DNA from: Haliotis rubra
Taxonomy: Eukaryota
NCBI RefSeq assembly: GCF_003918875.1
Contig: NW_025766336.1
Span: 3,472,001-3,536,000, forward strand
Reading direction: 5' to 3'
DNA: 64,000 nucleotides
The notes under the pieces are model-generated. The model was not told the DNA's origin. It was given only the letters and a program-made list of their open reading frames with translations, and searched no databases. Each line of letters starts with the position of its first letter. The first letter of the stretch is position 1. The position numbers and the translations under genes were made by a program. This document shows positions 13,008-26,125 of this stretch, piece after piece.

Positions 13008-13699
13008 TAGAGCTTTTCTAGAACTATATAGACTGATTATATAGATACATGGGACACACTGTGCCACTGCCATTTCTGAAGTCATTTTTCTGAAATTATT
13101 TTTTTATTTTATTTATTATTGGATGTTTTTATAGCGCACATATCCACGCACTAGTGCATGCTGAAGGCGCCGGCATTTTTACCCCTCGATCATTGGATGT
13201 AAATCTCAATGGCACATCTTATTATCAATCTCAACTCCCTGGGGATTATACAGCTCTTGCAGCCACAAGGCGCACTGAGTTATTTTTTTGCGGCTTTCCC
13301 ATCGTTACCATTCACAGCTGGGTGGTCTGGGACACATAGTCACATGCAGTACTTTGTCCAAGTTTACTGCACGTTGCTGTACCCGCAACTAGGTGTTTGC
13401 ACGTATTCATGTGGCCACCATCTGGTCATATACCAACGGATTCGTAGGTTTGTTAAGTGCACAGGGTTGTGTACCGTACACTAGGGGTTGTGACAACACT
13501 GAAAGAGTCTGCACACTAAGTTGACTCCAAGGTTTTTACACCCTTGTAAATGTACTTCATCATTATATAAACGTCATTCTACAATGATACGTCCCACAAT
13601 GCACCCCGGGTCCCCAACCCACTGCTTGCCATAGAAGGCGACAGAATTGAGCTACCAGTGGAGACCTGAGTCAGAATTGTTCAGCATTCTAGAAGTTGG

Positions 13700-14025
13700 G
13701 GTCTTGTCTTTTCCCCATCCTTACATAAATCTACATGAACCATTTTGAAGAAGGCGCCCTTTCCACATCCCCAATCCAATCTGTAATCTGGTATGGAATA
13801 TCGGATGGCTGTTTTGTTATCCTAAGAACCGAATTACTCCAGCATCCTCGTATCGTTCACCATGGAGACAGAGTACAATAACGAACCCCCATTTGTAAAC
13901 GTCCTTGTATCCAGAGACCGAAGCAAAAAGATCCAAACCACAGTCTACAGTAAACCCACCCATTCGGACCAGTACATTCATTTCAGCTCGAACCATCCTC
14001 CAAACGTCCAAAGTCATCGCAACCA
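13700..14025 (+). mobile_element. Penelope-like RT remnant
   Basis: YMNHFEEGAL, FTMETE and TTVYSKPTHSDQYIHFSSNHP motifs. Confidence 0.7.
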
Positions 14026-14289
14026 TGTGTGAGTGAGTATGCTTTTAAGCTGATTTTAGCAATATCACGACGGGGGCACACCAGAAATGGGCTTCACACA
14101 TTGCACCAATGTGGGGAACTGAACACGGGTCTTCGGCGTGACATGTGAACGCTTTAACCACTAGGTTACCCCACCACCCCGCGACCCTGAGCAAGCGGAC
14201 CAAGAATATCTGCTCCAACAGCCATGACCCATCTAAACGCATCTGTCTAGACGAACGTCAAGGCAACATTACGGATTTGAAATATGTAG

Positions 14290-14660
14290 AAACATGGTGA
14301 GGATCACTGTGGCGGCCAGAATACCACTCGTTATTGTCCTTGGAAGGGAAACAGGACAGTGCTGCCCGAGACAACCTGTCGACGCCTATAGTTTTGCCGT
14401 TTGCTGGTGCACGTTTTGCCTTTCAGGACAGTACCACTCGACCAGGTATCGTGCTTGACTACCTCCTGTAACAAAACTTCCTCAGAGTACAATAGCCAGA
14501 CACGTGTCCTGACCTTCCTACCATATCATACACGATGGGACGCGGAAGGCGACGTGAAATGACATCCGCCGCATTAGCCGAACTGGGTAAGGCGCTGCAA
14601 GAAGAGTGGATTGTCAATCGGCGACTGATTCGGACAATGCCGCGCCGTATAAACATTTAC
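14290..14660 (+). mobile_element. Tc1 transposase remnant
   Basis: PIVLPFAGARFAFQD and LAELGKALQEEW..LIRTMPRR motifs. Confidence 0.6.
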
Positions 14661-15017
14661 CGGTCGCGGGACTATTATCTAACATTGATAAAGTCATTTC
14701 AAACGGAAATGTGTTGTCAACACATCCATGTCATCTTCATAGGATACTCGCACTTTTACAATACACCACCAAAATGGTCCGTTTTCTTATCCACCTATAC
14801 TCATACCTTTTTTTTCACTGTTTGGTTATCATCTGTTATTTGTGAATATCTCCTTCTTTTCGGAGAGTATATTATGTCTTGTCCAGGGGAATCCAGTACA
14901 GAATTACGGAGGTGCCAATCGTTGAGTTATTATTATGTGAGATCCGATGTTAATATCATCAAATAGTTACAGTCGAAACATCGTTTACATAAATTAACGT
15001 TAACTTCAGGCGAAAAG

Positions 15018-15170
15018 GGGCGGTGGGGTAGCCTAGTAGTGAAAACATTCGCTCGAAGGTCCAGGTTCGATTCCCCACGTGGGTACAATGTGTGAAGCCA
15101 ATTTCTGATGTCCCCGCCGTGCAATTGCTGGAATATTGCTAAGAGCGGCGTAAAACTAAACTCACTCATC
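15018..15170 (+). mobile_element. Family A tRNA-SINE
   Basis: A and B boxes, shared tail, TSD CAGGCGAAAA. Confidence 0.85.
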
Positions 15171-16699
15171 CAGGCGAAAAAACTCCTAAAGTCATATCCA
15201 AACTGCCAACCCAAAGAATATGACCTTGTACTACCGTTGCAAGCTGCGACTTAGTCGATATTCCATTTATTCAGTATAGATCTGAAGCCTAGTTTATTAT
15301 ACTGTACTACTAATTTGACACTAAATATCAGGATATCAAGTCACATTCAATGCATTCAGATGTTGCCTTCAACCAATACTTACAGCGAATTGCACAAAAA
15401 AGGACAAAAGAAAAGTTGCTGTTTTCATAACGGTAATATTTGAATGTCATGAGCTATGCCATTTGTGTATGCATTGTGCACACGTCATGCCATCTATATT
15501 ATATGATAGAAATTCAGAAATAGGGACAGTCTAATCCAGAGAGTAAAAAGTATCTATATTTGACTTTTTGATTTAAAAAAGCAGCGAACATTATATGCAT
15601 GCATAAGTGAAAATCATATTATATGAAGTATAATAGGAACAATACCGTCAGAAGTGTAATGACCATTTCTATACAAACCCCTGTGTATTCTTCTAGTCAC
15701 AACCTACTGACCTTAAGTAGCCCAGACGCATAAACAGGGTTGAATAACCCTCACTCACTCACATGGCCTAGTATTGACAAATCCCCTTTAGGTAAACACA
15801 TGTTCAGAGGTAAAGTAAACAATAATTTAAACTCGATATATCCCATGCATATATTATATGGTAGCCTGGATATTTATATGGCTTGTTTGCATACTCGTCG
15901 ACATCATTATTCATGTATGTTGGATAAACCCGTCATTGTCAGAACAATAATTTTAGCCCTGTGGTTTTGTTAAGAAATTTATGATTTAATGCTTTCAAAT
16001 CAGACTTGACAAAAGCAAAACTTTTTCTCTCAGTTAACTATTTTCATTTCACTATTGCGACTATAACTAATCAAAACATAGTTTTATCAAGTGTATTCAT
16101 TTTTGTTTTTCGATCTCAGAAATCTGTTAAATTTTTATTTTGGGGGCTGCCGACTTTTGCGCCCGTCAAGACAATGGAGCATGCGGAGAATGGAGGTATT
16201 CTGTATTGAGGATTAGGCCTGTTTATATACGAAGTACACGATCTGTATTGTAAGTCCAATATAAGCTATCTGGCAGGTTTCAAGTTTCTTAATGTCTACG
16301 TTTTTAGTCGATCGTAAAATGTATCGTATTACGGGTAACACGTGCAAGCAATATAGGGTGCATTCGACCTGTTGGTATAAGAATGTATTGACAAAACAAG
16401 TCCGCTAATATTATTGCGTGTGAGATTGAATATGCGAGAATAGCTTTGTAAAAATAATCGAATCCCGTGTAAAAAGGTGATTTTGTGGATTTGGTAAAAA
16501 GAAAAGAATTTAATAAGTGGGTCATTCTTGGTCAGTTAATGTGTCGAAAAATGAATGAATGGTTTCTTGAACTGAGATCTCCAAATGACATGTGTCCTGG
16601 GACAAGCAGATTCAATTCGCTGTGCATAGTCGCGTCTTTGCAGTGCCAGAAACTGTGATCGTGGGTTCGATGCGCATTCTCCCTGTTTCTAGGTACGTC

Positions 16700-17030
16700 A
16701 AGTCCATATGGCCGTGGGTTCCACCAGAATGGAAAACGTCTAAGACCTGGAACACTATATTTTATTGCACTCGACTTCCGATGAAAATCGAGTGGTGTTT
16801 GATTGGAACCGGTCTTGAGGTATAACAAGATAAATAATTATATTGGAGAAAACTACAAAACTAGCAAAGTAGTGGTAAGGTTGAAAGAAATAATAGTAAT
16901 GACACCGACTGGTTAGTCCGGTCGATTTAAAGACCATGTCTGGTCTGCTATGCGTGTCAGGAATACAATATCTCATACACCAATGTTCGCACATAGCAAG
17001 CAGCTCATCTTCCGCCGTCCATTGCCCCTG
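16700..17030 (-). pseudogene. Probable decayed class A GPCR (TM2-TM3-ICL2 region)
   Basis: With frameshifts: RRKMSCLLCANIGV*DIVFL (TM2-like), then FASFVVFSNIIIYLVIPQDRFQS-PLDF (DRF..PL pattern). Confidence 0.35.
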
Positions 17031-17339
17031 ACATGTTCTGTACAAACTGTATCTGTGACAGTCATCGTCAAAGTCGAGACCAACCACCAGTGACCATCCG
17101 GTAAGACGCAGTCGCCCTATTTAATCTGGTAAGGCGATGTTTACAATAAGCATTTCCCCCCTAACCTTTGGACATAATTTATGTGCACCCCACCTTCTCC
17201 AAAATCCTGGATCCGCCCCTGACGATGTTCCGCTGTTTGTCAACTATTGTCATGACTTCTTTGAGTGGCATTTTAGAAGTTGGAAGTCAGATAGAACAAG
17301 TATATATGGATGACAACTTCTTTTATCATAGAGCACGAT

Positions 17340-17408
17340 GTTTCGATACAGGTTCTTGTATCGTTTTCAAGTGATTCTTGAAAACGATACAAGAACCTGT
17401 ATCGAAAC
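17340..17408. repeat. Perfect 32-bp inverted repeat with a 5-nt spacer
   Basis: GTTTCGATACAGGTTCTTGTATCGTTTTCAAG-tgatt-CTTGAAAACGATACAAGAACCTGTATCGAAAC. Confidence 0.95.
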
Positions 17409-18842
17409 GATTGTCATGTACCTAGAAATAGTACCGTCATCTAATTTGCATGCGTATGTCTTTGTCGAATGTGATGTGTATGCCTGGGCATCTCTGTTCG
17501 GATTGGCATAATAAAACAGGGGATTTGTCCAATCTGTTAACCTTGAGGTATATCCATAATCCGGTAACATTCAAAAGCCAAGAGGAAATGTGTGGCCAGT
17601 AAAACCGCCTCATCTGTGTAGTTTAGATAACTGCATAAAATCTCAGTAGGGATGGGACGGGTCGAAATCAGTGAGAATGGTTGTCTGATTCAGTTTCATA
17701 TTTTGATTTGTACCATATATTCCCGTTGTTGGCTTGCCTTTCCATGTGTTTGTGTCCAGTGTCATCGGTGGGGCAGGATACGCTGACACCTGGCACCAGA
17801 ACTACTCGATAGGGATTCATAAACTCATGTTTTCCATATAGCAGGAATCATACAATGGAACTTTATTGGAGTTTTCTTGTGGTTATTGATTTTTTGTGTA
17901 TGGCATTTATGTATACACAGGCGAATGTGTGTTTGCATGCATGGATACTCACCTGACATTTACTGACAAGATTATAGATGCTCTATTGTATACTGCTTTC
18001 CGCACAACTTGGTTACAACAATAAACAAGGCTCAGAGGGTTTAAGGCCAAGGCTTTGCGTGATACATGATTCAATTTTTGTCCCAACTCTGTTGGGATGG
18101 CGGGTTAGAATTGCATCTAAACAAGCTACGTAACATACATTGCGTACATTAAAGTAGGTTGTTTAATATAGTCGTAGAATGATTTAGTTCACACAAGAGC
18201 CTATTTAATCTTATACTACTCACACTTTGCTAAGGATCACAAAAATTCACAACTTTACTTAAACGTAGATTCATAATTTGAAATTGTATCCATTTAAAAC
18301 TGGATAAATAATAATATGGTAACCCCTCTTTAGGCAAACAGTCACTTTAATCTAACCTTATGCACTTGATACATGAGTAACCATAAAAATGGTTTTGCAT
18401 GGCACCAATCAACTATTTTGCAAATCATGGAACGAGTCATTGACAAATAAACAACACCTGTGAATAGCAGGTATGGGATCCACAAGATGAAAGGACATAC
18501 TGAAACCTAGGATCCATGCTTACAATAAGCTTAGATATGTAAACCAAATTTGACCCCACATCATGGTTTTCTGTTGAATCCATGATTTGATCATTAGCAA
18601 AGTGTGAATAGTATATTTAGAAACAAAATACGTTTAACAAAACCACGAAAGGCGGTTGACATTTTTTAATTCAATATATACCAGAAATAGATCGATCACA
18701 ATATTGTCAATAAATCCACGCTGAACATTTAATAGAATTTGTAGAGATGTTTCTGTGGTTCGGGACAAGCAGTGACAATATTAGAAGTTTCCACAACATG
18801 TTGTAGGGCACGTGTAGCCCTGTCTGTGAAACTACACAGAGT

Positions 18843-19560
18843 TAATAATAATAATTATATATACATATATACACCTATTATCCAGCAGAACCTGCTCAAT
18901 GGTGCTTTGTATACTGGAGAGAGAGGATAGCTACTGGTTGAATACAAAAGTTTTTAATTTCTGGCGGAAGATGTCAAAGGTTTCAGAGGATCAGATCTCC
19001 TGTGGTAACCTGTTCCACAGAGTTGGTGAAGCTACAGAAAAGGCTTTGTTAGCCAGTTTAGTTCTTGTAAAGGAAGTGAAAGTTGTTGTTGAGATGAGCG
19101 AAGATTGCGTGTCGGGAGATATGGAGTCAGAAGTTCTTTGAGATAAACAGAGATGAGTCGGAATGGAGTGCAGAGTAGGTCAGGCTGATGATCTTGAAGG
19201 TGATGCGCTGTTTGATAAAGAAGCCAATGGAGCTGTCTCAGGACTGGGGTGATGTGTCCGCGCTGTCTGGTACGAGTGATGATACGGGCTGCTTTGTTTT
19301 GTACACGCTGAAGAAGAGAAACAGAACCAGATCCAGATATGAGACAGTTGCAATAGTCGAGATGAGAGGTGACATAAGCATGCACGATAGTTTTGCATGT
19401 ATGAATGTCGAGATGAGAGGTGACATAAGCATGCACGAGTGTTTTGCATGTATGAATGTCGAGATGAGAGGTGACATAAGCATGCACGAGTGTTTTGCAT
19501 GTATGAATGTCGCGATACTTCCTAATCTTTCCAATGGTGTAGAGTTTGAAATTTGCTGAT
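18843..19560 (-). mobile_element. 5'-truncated L2/CR1-type LINE with an internal 51-bp triplication (19357-19510)
   Basis: HAYVTSHLDYCN, LQRVQNKAARII, HITPVLRQLHWL; (ATT)n-like tail. Confidence 0.8.
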
Positions 19561-20033
19561 TTAGCTGTTTTGCTGGCCTGCGCTCGATCAGACATTTGTC
19601 TGTCCATCTCAATCCCAAGATTTCGTTGGTGTAATAGGTGACGTTCCCACAGAAAGTGTTGCGTCCCAGAGACCTATGTTTGTGGATTCGAACCCCACGT
19701 CGACCCAACTGTTTCTAGGTTTGAAAGCACCGTATCTGTCGTGGATTTCACCCTACTGGTACATTCTGAGACCTGCATCACTTTGTTATCCCCTACTGAG
19801 CTGATAGAACGTTAATAGTATTAAAAGCGGCCTTACACTGAATCACAAGGATCATTGTATTTCTGATATCAATTACTGTCAGGTAATAAGTTATCAGATG
19901 AGTCGATTGTTCCATATGCAGTTGTTACTTTAGTCACTTAGTGCCAAGCTGTACGTTAAGTTCTTTCAAACTATGTCGACAATGCATGTGCAGTGGAATC
20001 CTGTTGTACTTCAGTTATATCACGTATCTGTAT

Positions 20034-20275
20034 AGTGAGTGAGTTTAGTTTTACGCCGCACACAGCAATATTCCAGATATATAGCGGCGGTCTGTAAATA
20101 ATCGAGTCTGGAACAGACAATCCAGTGATCAGCGTCATGAGCTTCGATCTACGTAATTGGGATACGATGATATGTTTCAATTAAGTCAGCGAGCCTGACC
20201 ACCCGATCCCATCAGTCGCCTCTTACGACAAGCAATGGTTACTGAAGACCAATTCTAACTCGGAACTTCACGGGT
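20034..20275 (-). mobile_element. Family B retroposon, full copy
   Basis: Same head and tail as 5143-5388; flanked by a GT(A/G)TCTGTATA direct repeat. Confidence 0.85.
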
Positions 20276-23200
20276 CGTGTCTGTATAAGCAATACTGTAT
20301 ATCCACTGGAATCCTGTGGTACTTCACTTATGTCACGTAGATCTGTATAAGCAACACTGGAATCCTGTGGTACTTCAGTATAAGCAATACAGCATTTACC
20401 TCCTTTTAAATAATCCCTTTTAAATTGAAAAGGGGCCTCAGTGAGATTCGGAACCTGGTGAAATCTAGACTTGCTTCATTTAGAGTGAGTGAGCAGCTTT
20501 TAGCAATATTCCAGCAATGTCATGGCGGGGGACACCAGAAATGGGCTTCACACATTGTACCCACGTGTGGAATCGAACCCGGGTCTTCATTTTGAGCTTT
20601 GCATAGCGCAAAGGGCTGTGCGGACGGGAACGTAATGCGGACTATGAGACAGACTGTGTAACGACTTTGAACTTTTGTCGTACGATATCCTAAATCGTGT
20701 GGCAAGCGACTCAGTAGCTTACATATGACATATGCCATGTAAATATTACAGGTGGGCGTATACCTATATCTATAGTACTTACATATCGTCATATTACATA
20801 ACTAACTCTCACCTTGAGATGCATCATATTATCATGCCTTCATTGAGATATGAGTGGGTAAATATGATAAGTCCTTGACGTGAGAGTCAGTGATATCACG
20901 GACTATTTCCAACAGAAATTGTATCTACGTATTGACAGTTTGCACTTAATGAAACCTGACTCTTATTTCAAAGAAACGGATGACAGTGATAAGCAGGTAT
21001 CCAGGTTGGTCATTGGCGCAATGGATATGGACACTAATATTACACCCTGACGTCAGATGGCAAAGCTGCAGAGCTCTTAATCCCAAATACTTATATTTAG
21101 GAGATAAACATAATGTGTTGGAAAATCACGCGTAACGTGAGGTTTTAAATAAAAAAATAGAGCTATTATAATTCCGTTATATACCTCTGATTTTCCAACA
21201 CAGTATGTTAATCTCCATTCTACCATAACCGCCTTATTAAGATTTTAAAAAGATACCGGTTCATACTGTGTTGGAAAATCAGAGGTATATAACGTGGTTA
21301 TATACCTCTAAATGACTTTAATTAACCAATCACAATCCAGTAGTTACTTAAGTCATGGTAGAATTTTAAAAGATACACACTGTGTTGGAAAATCAGAGGT
21401 ATATAACGTGGTTATATACCTCTGAATGACTTTAAGTAACCAATCACAATCCAGTATTTACTTCAGTCATGGTAGAATACGCCTACAGATTCGTTTAATC
21501 TTACATCGAACTTCCGGACAGCTCCCCGGGAATGGCATGTATTTTAATACAAATACAAAACACATTGCGATTCACATGATTTTAAGAATACAGTTTGCTT
21601 ATTATGACACATTACCAAATTGGATTAACGTGTTTTGATTTTAAATCAACATCACATTTTAGATTTATGGTCATTTGTTATTGATTATTCAACAAAACAA
21701 GAAAACCTTATGAAGAAAGCCTAATGCACAAGTCACAATTAAGATTGACATTTTACTTCGCAGTGGACAGTCGGCATACCCGACACTGGATCATGATGCG
21801 CGATATGATCATAAGTTTTGTTGGTTTGTCCCATCTTTCTGACGGCAGACACTTCAGTGATCAACAGCATGAGCATCGATCTACGCAACTGGGATGCCAT
21901 GACATGTGTCACCCAAGCTAGCGAACGTGACTGCCCGATCCCGTTAGTTGCCTCTTACGACAAATATGAATTGCTTAAATCCAATTGTAACCCGGATCGT
22001 CATGGGTCCAGTCAGCACTACCACGGTAATATGGCTGTAGGCCAGACCCAGTGGCTGATGTTATGGGCAACAATACAGTTAAGTGTATACCGTAAACTGC
22101 ATTTATATAACGAACTGACAGATAAAATGAACTCTTTTGTGATATAAACAGTTATACGAACTAATATGTGTGGTCCCTTTGAGTTGACAATATCCACAGT
22201 TTACTGTACATCATTATTCGGGGCAAGTACTTGACGGTACTATGCAACTCAACAAATCATAAGGTCAGTCACTTGTGTTATTCTGTTTAAACCTACACTC
22301 GATATATTACGAGAATCATTTTTAATCACTGACAGATAAGATTATTCCATTCAAAAATGGAGTAGAGTATGTTTTGCGAAGATACCTGTCATGCTTAGGG
22401 AGGGTCGTGACTGTTCATGTTTTGAAATTAGCACAGGTGGCCATTGTGTTAACAAAGCATACAAATCCCCACCCGGGTTCGTGTTTACAGACAGGTTTGT
22501 CGGTGAATGGTAGTGTTAACCGTTAGAGGAGCAACACTGAACTTTGGTTCAAAATGGAGGGGTAAGTGTAAGAGCAAACGACAAACATGGAGTGGAGACT
22601 GGAGTGATGGACTATCACATTAAAGAAATCTTAATTCCAATCTGTCACTCCAGATCAACTCCCGACGCAAAATCATGTGACTCTTACGTGTCTTTAAATA
22701 GATCTTGACGGGTACATGTCTACCTATCTAGGTTGTTTACATACACGTTTGGTATGAATGGAATAGAGGGCGGCGTGTTAGTGTACTGTTAGCCTTGAAC
22801 AAGTAGTGGGATAATGAAACACAGACTATTGAAAATTACCCAGGCATGTAAGATATAAGAGGTCGATACAGATTAATATTTTCATTTTCAACAGGTGAAA
22901 ACATACATATAGAAAACCACATCACATTCTTTCCAGGCATACAGCCTGGCCAGTGAATACTGTTTGCATTTTCGTCAAACCTGAAGCCAGTCCGTCAGGA
23001 TACTACCTACACAATGTATGTTCCTCTCGCCAAGTGCTGTGGTACTTACCAAGAGACTTTACTAACACGTTTTAGATCAATCCCGATCCCGTTAGTCGCC
23101 TCTTACAAACATGGGTTACTAAAGACCAATTCTAACCCGGATCTTCAAGGGTAATATTCAGTGAAAGTGGTTAAGTGTAAATTTAAGGTTATTGGAAACT

Positions 23201-23867
23201 GAACTGAGTTAGGCCATGGTGTAAAACGCCATCGGTTCAATGAAAATCACAGACAACCAAGTTTTCCTGCCCAACCTCTCCCTCAGCTATGCATCATTTC
23301 ACACAATCTGACCTCCTGGGGCCTGTTTACTTTGTTAGTACTTTTGTGTAAATAGAGATTATCATGAATTGGTTTTCGCTAAAAAGGTGCTAACTATTTC
23401 ACATTTTAACCACGGGACGTCACATGTTGACCCACGTTACCATGCAACTAAAGTAGCCATGGCAATGCGGCCAGCGAATAAAATGAAATCAGGCGTGGAA
23501 TGAGCCATTCCGATAAAGGGCACACCGTTGAAGAGACAGCACGTGGCGAGTGGACGGTTAATATGCCTGGCTAGTGATACTAACTGGACGCCAGAGTGCT
23601 GAAACACCTACCTGCATGTGAATGGAGACTTTTTTCTGAAGTCGGAAAACTAAGTGTGTTTTTTTTTTAATTTTAGAAGAAGAAGAGCTTTATTCAGTAT
23701 TTATGGCCACATGACCAAGAGTACAATTCAATAAACAAAATATAGCACATTGACAGGTGAAAACTTTACAATTTATACAGGTAAATATAACTTAAGATAA
23801 ATTACAATAATTTTTAGGAGTTTTACATTCTTTGTTGCAAGCAGCTGATTAAACTTTGATCTGGTTG

Positions 23868-24034
23868 GACTGACTGACTGAGTTTGGTTTTACGCCGCTT
23901 TTAGCAATATTCAAGCAACATCTAGGCGGGGGACACCAGAAATGAGCTTCACACATTGTACCCATGTGGGATTCGAACCCGGGTCTTCAGCGTGACGAGC
24001 CAACGCTTTAACCATTAGGCTACCCCACCGCCCC
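23868..24034 (-). mobile_element. Family A tRNA-SINE with a (TCAG)n tail variant
   Basis: A and B boxes; flanked by a TGATCT(G/A)GTTGGA direct repeat. Confidence 0.85.
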
Positions 24035-24099
24035 TGATCTAGTTGGAGATATAATATAAAAATCAGGAATGTATAATGATCGTTGTTGTGAATAAAATG

Positions 24100-24980
24100 G
24101 ACATACGAGCAAGAAATGATACTCATCTTGTATCAAATTACATATCACATTTAATGAAATCAGCATTTACCTTATTATAACGGTTATGTTGAATTTTAAG
24201 TTATGACTCGTGCATCTGAATTTGAATAAAACACGTAAGAGATCTTTATCATAACAAAACTCTGATATATATATATTTCAGCTTCAAGTACACATTAATG
24301 ACCAGTACAGATACTAGTATATGACGAGTAATGATTTAAGAATGCCGAAGAAGTGATTTTTGCATACCAATTTTGATTATCTATATCTTTACATCTCTGT
24401 TTAAAACCATTTACAAAACTAGTTACATCGACACTATCTTGCGATAACCACACAAAACCATCCAGGGTGAAATAAAAGTAAACGTTCACGGGATACCCAA
24501 TTGCGACCACCTTTGTAGTCGTATGTTTTAAAACATTTCATAGCATGCCCTTGGAATACGATAACTTTCCATATTCAGGAGTCTACACCAGTACTTTATA
24601 CAATGGGCGAAATACAGTAACAGTATTTAGATGTAATAATAGATATATAATAGATACTATAATAATAATAATAATAATAATATAGATGTATAAGTCTTAA
24701 AACGTGAATTTGAAGTTTGTCCTATCTGAAGTGATTTACTTTCATTGTTCTTCACGTTTGAAAACTCAAAACCATATATCTTCAAAATATTGTGGTCGAT
24801 CCCTTCGTGTTCCCGACTCGCAACGCTTATATGTCTTGTGAAAGTAAGTAAGTGCTGTTTTAAGGACCATCAGCAACACTGTAACATACCTATTCGTGGA
24901 GACAGTTGTGACAGGGTACGACGTATATTAGCAAGGAAACGAAATTTCCACAATATTTCTCCATATACACTCTGACCGGG
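24100..24980 (-). mobile_element. Decayed LINE of the same broad type as 3640-4945
   Basis: GFVWLSQD..FKQRCKDIDNQNWYAKI and neighbouring remnants. Confidence 0.55.
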
Positions 24981-26069
24981 CTTTATGAACGCCGGTTCAA
25001 AATCAGCAATTTCCTTCAATAGAATCCACTGAGAAAGTGAATCGAAGCAATGTAATAGCGACGACATAACTTTTTAAATCATGAAGACTGAAGACAAATT
25101 AATTTCCTGTATTTTCTGGAAAAGATCGATCTCATTTAAATCAGATCTTAATCCTCACCACCGTGACTAAGCGATCCGAGGACGTACCGTTACATGTGCA
25201 GATCAGTCGACATTAGATAAGAAATCACCTTTCGCGAGCACTGGTTTGAATGACAGCTTCCATCCTAGACGATTCTTTGAAAAATACTGTGACAAAGTTC
25301 TCCATTCCTAATTTAAAAACAAAACTCCGAATATATTTATTGGGAAGCCCATTTCTGGTGTCCCCCACCATGATATTGCTGGAATATTGCTAAAAGCGGC
25401 GTAAAACTTAAAGTCACTCACTCACTCGAGTAAACGACGCACTCAGCAAAATTCCAGATATATGACAGAGGCCAGTACCTGTTTCGTGTCTGGTCCAGAC
25501 AATCCAGTGATTGATATTTCTGAGCAACGACCCACACTGTCGGGGTACGATACGGGACCACCCGATCCCTTAGATTGTCCCACGAAGCATTGGTTGCTAG
25601 GAAACCGAAACACCCAACAATGCGTTTTGTACAATGTTCCTTTTCTTGTCACTTTAATATGTGAACATAGCCTGAAATTTTCTATGTATTTCTACCACTA
25701 AGGTGAAACCATCCCGCACACGTTTCATGCTAACAAAACAAGATTCACTGTCCAGACAAATCTTGGATTTGAACTCACGATCCATCTGCACAGGAGTGTC
25801 ATCAACGACTGGGCAATCCGTTTTATCTTTAACTTGTTGAATTAAAATCAATATAAGTATAATGTGTTTCGTACAAATGAGCATTTTAAAGTTCTGAAAA
25901 GTAGATAAGTTTGCCTTACAATTCGGATCAGTACGGCGAGCATGGTGACACAAACAAGCCAAAACCTTGAAAATAATTGAAAATATTTTATTTCATTCAC
26001 TTTCTTAGATAATCACAGCTGTCTTTTTAAAATCAATATATATACATGTAAATATATACATAAATATAT

Positions 26070-26125
26070 ATGTATGTATGTGTGTGTGTGTGTGTGTGTA
26101 TGTGTGTGTGTGTGTGCGTGTGTGC
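26070..26125. repeat. (GT)n microsatellite
   Basis: Direct inspection. Confidence 0.9.

Noticed and set aside
19032-19708. Several overlapping 100-190 aa ORFs
   Set aside because: They derive from a decayed L2-type LINE with a 51-bp triplication.
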